A stretch of DNA of 64,000 nucleotides from Dehalococcoidia bacterium. GTDB taxonomy: Bacteria > Chloroflexota > Dehalococcoidia > Lucifugimonadales > JAGWBF01. Positions 60,606-64,000 of this stretch are shown one piece after another; position 1 is the stretch's first letter; each line of letters begins with the position of its first letter. The position numbers and the translations under genes were made by a program. The stretch spans positions 1,051,355 to 1,115,354 of the forward strand of contig CBDEGP010000001.1 of NCBI GenBank assembly GCA_965237875.1. The letters run 5' to 3'. The notes beneath the pieces are model-generated. The model was not told where the DNA came from. It saw nothing but the letters and a program-made list of their open reading frames with translations, and ran no database searches.

Positions 60606-63056
60606 CTAGTTAAGCTCGACCACCGTGACCGAGTCTGCACGGAGCTCCGGGTCCGGCCCGAAGGACTTGACCAGAGGGTGGCGGACCAGGAGCTCCCTTA
60701 TAGCGGTGCGAAGGGCCCCGGAGCCCGTTCCGTGAAGTATGCGCACCGTGGACAGGCCCGCCAGCGTGGCGTCGTCCAGGAAGCCGTCAACACGGGATGA
60801 CGCCTCTTCGACTCGCATCCCTCGAAGGCTGATCTCCCTCTCGACCTTTGGCCGTTGCGGCCTCGAGTAACGGACGCTGGCCGGTGAGCCGGTCCTGGAC
60901 TGCGCCGGCCTGTCCAGCTGATGCACCGGCAGCCGGGCCCGCATTGAGCCCAGCAGGACCTCAATGGTGTCCCCCTCGGGTGGGTTCAGCGTTTCCACCG
61001 GCTGGGGCACGCCCTTGACGTACACCCGGTCGCCGGGTTTGAGTGAACCGATCCAATGACCCCTGGGTGTGGCCGGCGGCGCCCACCTGGGAGCTTCAAG
61101 CTCGGCCCGCACGTCTCCGATTATCTTCGAGGCCTCTTCAAACTCAGGGACAGGTTCGGGTTCCGCCCCGGTCTGTTCGGATGTTGCGGGAACGGAAGGC
61201 GGAGGATGGACGAGCCGTCTCTCCAATGCCCTCTCCACTCCGCGCAGCTTGGAAGCGACCTCGTCGACCTGCCGCCTCAGGCGGAAGCGGGCCTCTTCCA
61301 GCATCACTGCCTCGCGGTTCTGGAGATTGGTGAGCTTCTCGTCCAGTTGGGCCTGCTTCTCTGTCGCCTCGCGGAGAGCTTTGTCGGCGTCGTTGGACAG
61401 TTGGGCCGCCAGCCTCCGCTCCTCATGCAACTCCTTCAGTATACCTTCCGTCTCACGATGGACGGGAGCCAGGAAACTCCTGGCTTGCTCTACGGTTGCG
61501 TCCTCCAGGCCCAGGCGTGAGGCGATTGCCAGGGCGTAGCTGCTTCCCGGAAGTCCCACGGTCAGCTTATAGGTTGGGGCCAGGGTTTGCGGGTCCAGTT
61601 CCACCGAGGCGTTGGCCATCCCATCGTGCTCCTGGACGAAGGCGGCCACGTCCCTCTGGTGGGTGGTGGCTGCAACCCTTGCTCCTTTGTCGAAGAAGCT
61701 GAGCAGAATGGCTTTCGCAAGAGCGGCGCCCTCTTCGGGATCGGTGCTCGATCCCAGCTCGTCGATAAGCACAAGAGAACTGGGCGTCGCCTGCTCCATG
61801 ATGGACTTGAGGTTGGTTATGTGCGAGCTGAAAGTGGACAGCGAACGTTGGATGCTCTGCTGGTCGCCGATGTCCACGAACACGCGGTCGAACATGCTTG
61901 TCTGCGCCTCTTTGGCCGGGACCTGAAGTCCCGCCTGGGCCATGAGCGCCAGCAGCCCCATGGTCTTCAGGGCCACCGTCTTGCCTCCGGCGTTGGGGCC
62001 CGTAATAAGCAGGAGGGACCAGGGGTCTCCCAAGTGGACGTTCAGAGGCACGACCTCACCCTCGAGGAGTGGATGTCGTGCATCCACCAGTTTTAGTCGA
62101 TGAGGAACGCCGTGCCCGGAGGCGGCCAGGGTCACCTGCACACCGTTCAGCCGGATGGCGTAGCGACCCTTGGCCAGGGCCAGGTCCAGCCGCGCCAGGA
62201 GGTCCGAGGCAAGTTGTATGTCGTCCGCGCGGTACTCCACCTGGACGGATAGCGTCCTCAGAATCCTCTCTTCCTCCCGCTCCTGGGCCAGCTGGAACTC
62301 CCGCCATTGGTTGCCCAGGGGCACCGACGCCATCGGTTCCATGAACAGGGTGGCGCCGCTGTCGGATACATCGTGGACGATGCCGTTCAAGCGGTGTTTC
62401 ATCTCGGTCTTGACCAGCAGGACCATCCTGTTGTTGCGCTGAGTGATGATGGGTTCCTGAAGGATTCCCTGGCGTTCCAGCCGCCGTTTCGCACGCTCCA
62501 TGGAGTCCATCAGCCGACGGTGTGCGGCCCTGGTCTGCTGCCGCAGCTCTCCCAGTAATGGGCTGGCGCCGTCCAGGACCTCGCCCAATGTGCCAACCGT
62601 TTTGGCGATGTCCCGCTCGAGGTCCTCCATCACGGGCATCTCTTGGGTCATGGTGCGGAGCCGAGGGACGTCATGCTGCCTGTGGAGACTGTACCGCGCC
62701 TGGCGCGCAGCCCGAAGAGTCGCGCCCAGGTCCCTTAGCTCTGCCCCTGATAGGACTCCGCCGAGGGCAGCGCGCTCCAAAGCCTGTCCCACGTCGACGG
62801 CGCCGGAGAGGTCGGGTTCCGACCCCCGCTCCAGCAATAGCCGGGCCTCGGAAGTCTCCTCCTGGCGCATGGAGACGACCATCGGGTCGGACGAGGGCAA
62901 CAGGGACAGGGCAAGGACCCGGGCCGGGTCGAAGGTCGTGCAGTCGGCAAGCCGCCGGAGTATCAGCGGGAATTCCAGGAGCTCCAGGGCCGGGTCGTCG
63001 GCGCCGGGCCCGTTGGTGGCGGGGAGGCTGTCGGAGTTGGAGGCGACGTCGGTCAA
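60606..63056 (-). CDS. mutS2: endonuclease MutS2 (MutS ATPase + C-terminal Smr domain)
   Basis: Walker A ITGPNAGGKTVALKT and an Smr tail ISLRGMRVEEA...ILHGTGSGALR. The TTG start overlaps the upstream stop as TTGA. Confidence 0.92.
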   Translation of the reverse strand: MTDVASNSDSLPATNGPGADDPALELLEFPLILRRLADCTTFDPARVLALSLLPSSDPMVVSMRQEETSEARLLLERGSEPDLSGAVDVGQALERAALGGVLSGAELRDLGATLRAARQARYSLHRQHDVPRLRTMTQEMPVMEDLERDIAKTVGTLGEVLDGASPLLGELRQQTRAAHRRLMDSMERAKRRLERQGILQEPIITQRNNRMVLLVKTEMKHRLNGIVHDVSDSGATLFMEPMASVPLGNQWREFQLAQEREEERILRTLSVQVEYRADDIQLASDLLARLDLALAKGRYAIRLNGVQVTLAASGHGVPHRLKLVDARHPLLEGEVVPLNVHLGDPWSLLLITGPNAGGKTVALKTMGLLALMAQAGLQVPAKEAQTSMFDRVFVDIGDQQSIQRSLSTFSSHITNLKSIMEQATPSSLVLIDELGSSTDPEEGAALAKAILLSFFDKGARVAATTHQRDVAAFVQEHDGMANASVELDPQTLAPTYKLTVGLPGSSYALAIASRLGLEDATVEQARSFLAPVHRETEGILKELHEERRLAAQLSNDADKALREATEKQAQLDEKLTNLQNREAVMLEEARFRLRRQVDEVASKLRGVERALERRLVHPPPSVPATSEQTGAEPEPVPEFEEASKIIGDVRAELEAPRWAPPATPRGHWIGSLKPGDRVYVKGVPQPVETLNPPEGDTIEVLLGSMRARLPVHQLDRPAQSRTGSPASVRYSRPQRPKVEREISLRGMRVEEASSRVDGFLDDATLAGLSTVRILHGTGSGALRTAIRELLVRHPLVKSFGPDPELRADSVTVVELN

Positions 63057-63484
63057 GGCACTCCTAACGCATAGTCGGCGTGGCGGACGGTAAACTCAAG
63101 CCTGGACCTTGAGGGGTCGTATTCCATATACCAGTGGTTGATGACATCCCGTCCCAGCAGGGACGGGAGTCCCCGATTCCGTTCGTGCGGCTCTGCAACC
63201 AGCAGATCGACCGAATAGAATATCGTCTGGGGCGTATCCGCAAAAGAGAGGATGGCCGCTTCTCGGAAGTACGGTGAGCTGCCGCCTACGCCCCTGAAGG
63301 TCTGTCTGTCCCTAAGTTGACTGAAGGGAACGTGGGCTTTTTCCGCATCCAACGGATGCAGACACGTACTGTCCGCCCCTGTGTCGAGCAAGAAAAGCGT
63401 CTCTACACTGACTTGGAAGCGTGGAAAATTGACTATACCTTTAACGTAGGGCCTTCCTCGTTTGTCGAACCTGCCGACGATCAT
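63053..63484 (-). CDS. retropepsin-like (clan AA) aspartic protease
   Basis: 143 aa with the catalytic LFLLDTGADSTCL and the SLLGRDVINHW flap/dimer motif. It has 4-nt overlaps with both neighbours. Confidence 0.8.
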   Translation of the reverse strand: MIVGRFDKRGRPYVKGIVNFPRFQVSVETLFLLDTGADSTCLHPLDAEKAHVPFSQLRDRQTFRGVGGSSPYFREAAILSFADTPQTIFYSVDLLVAEPHERNRGLPSLLGRDVINHWYMEYDPSRSRLEFTVRHADYALGVP

Positions 63485-63792
63485 AAAATCAGCACAGGAG
63501 GGTCGGAATCCAGGAACTCAATCACGACCTCTCCGGCGCGTATCCCCTGATTCTCCACTTTCTCGATGACTTCGTCTGAGGAATCGCCTATGACCAGCAC
63601 GCCATCCTTTCCCATCGCCACCCACTTATCGGGGTGTTTCTCCGTCAAGGACTCCCGTTCGTTCATCATGCGGTCTATGGTCCTCTGGAACTGTTCCATC
63701 CTTTCCTGCAAGGCAGCAACCCCGCCCATCTCTTCAATCATCGCACAGGTGTCTTCGATGAGTTGTTTCTTCACGCTCGGCGTCAAAGCCAC
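63481..63792 (-). CDS. small DUF5678-like protein with coiled-coil N-terminus
   Basis: 103 aa. The KWVAMGKDGVLVIGDSSDEVIEKV pattern resembles DUF5678. GTG start with GGAGG 6 nt upstream. The family assignment is from memory only. Confidence 0.55.
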   Translation of the reverse strand: MALTPSVKKQLIEDTCAMIEEMGGVAALQERMEQFQRTIDRMMNERESLTEKHPDKWVAMGKDGVLVIGDSSDEVIEKVENQGIRAGEVVIEFLDSDPPVLIL

Positions 63793-64000
63793 GTTCAGCC
63801 TCCGGCCCCTTAGTCCAATGCTAAAAGTGTATCACATGCCTGTCGTCGATATCGCCGGAAGCATGGCCAGGCGTCTCCCGACGATGCGGCAGCTATGGGG
63901 TCCGTCAAAGTGAACCGGCCTAATTGCTCAACTATACATGGCCATATACAGGACATGCCGCATGAGGCTTGCAGTATTGTCATAATCATTGATATTCTCT

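Overview
This is 64 kb of a high-GC (roughly 60% by eye), very gene-dense bacterial chromosome. I can support about 60 protein-coding genes. I recognise no rRNA, tRNA, CRISPR array, transposase or integrase. Layout: (1) 1-18.4 kb is housekeeping. It holds a partial FAD-linked oxidase, a yacL-like/ispD/ispF/cysS block, a DUF62 SAM hydroxide adenosyltransferase-like gene, secG, gatB and pcm. It also holds a siroheme/alternative-haem cluster (fused AhbA/AhbB-like decarboxylase, sirC-like, hemC, cobA-hemD, hemB), nickel superoxide dismutase sodN with its peptidase sodX, an M28 peptidase, a family-5-type uracil-DNA glycosylase and an MFS transporter. (2) 18.6-48 kb is a paralog-rich catabolic/uptake region. 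It holds two closely related LLM flavin oxidoreductases plus an F420/LLM-type one, two Amidohydro_2 enzymes, two SDRs and two acyl-CoA synthetases. It also holds a PEP-mutase/isocitrate-lyase-family enzyme, NTF2/SnoaL-like and VOC proteins, an SMP-30 lactonase, an HpcH aldolase and a Zn-ADH. A tandemly duplicated lipoprotein SBP pair sits next to two permeases but no ATPase. Embedded here are a TusA-like / DsrE-like / TusA::MetE-like fusion operon and a small-Cys-ORF / tandem-barrel / CAP-domain cluster. (3) gatC-gatA-asnS. (4) A McrBC type IV restriction module whose McrB has a long, lower-GC N-terminal region I cannot recognise. (5) A CoA-transferase, an NTF2-like protein, a PrsA-like lipoprotein PPIase, an enoyl-CoA hydratase and a tandem VOC protein. 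The PPIase is flanked by a ~138-bp direct duplication of the enoyl-CoA hydratase promoter and 5' end. (6) mutS2, translationally coupled to an upstream retropepsin-like protease and a DUF5678-like small protein. I recognise no transcription factor anywhere in the window. Intergenic spacers carry several families of short hairpin (REP-like) repeats and one MITE-like element. The gene content (lipoprotein SBPs and PrsA, Bacillus-like yacL-ispDF-cysS order, many LLM/amidohydrolase/CoA-ligase paralogs, NiSOD) would fit a marine monoderm such as a SAR202-type Chloroflexota, but that is inference I cannot test here. All identities quoted are by-eye alignments. The ORF track evidently prints M for GTG/TTG starts, so several starts were re-evaluated.
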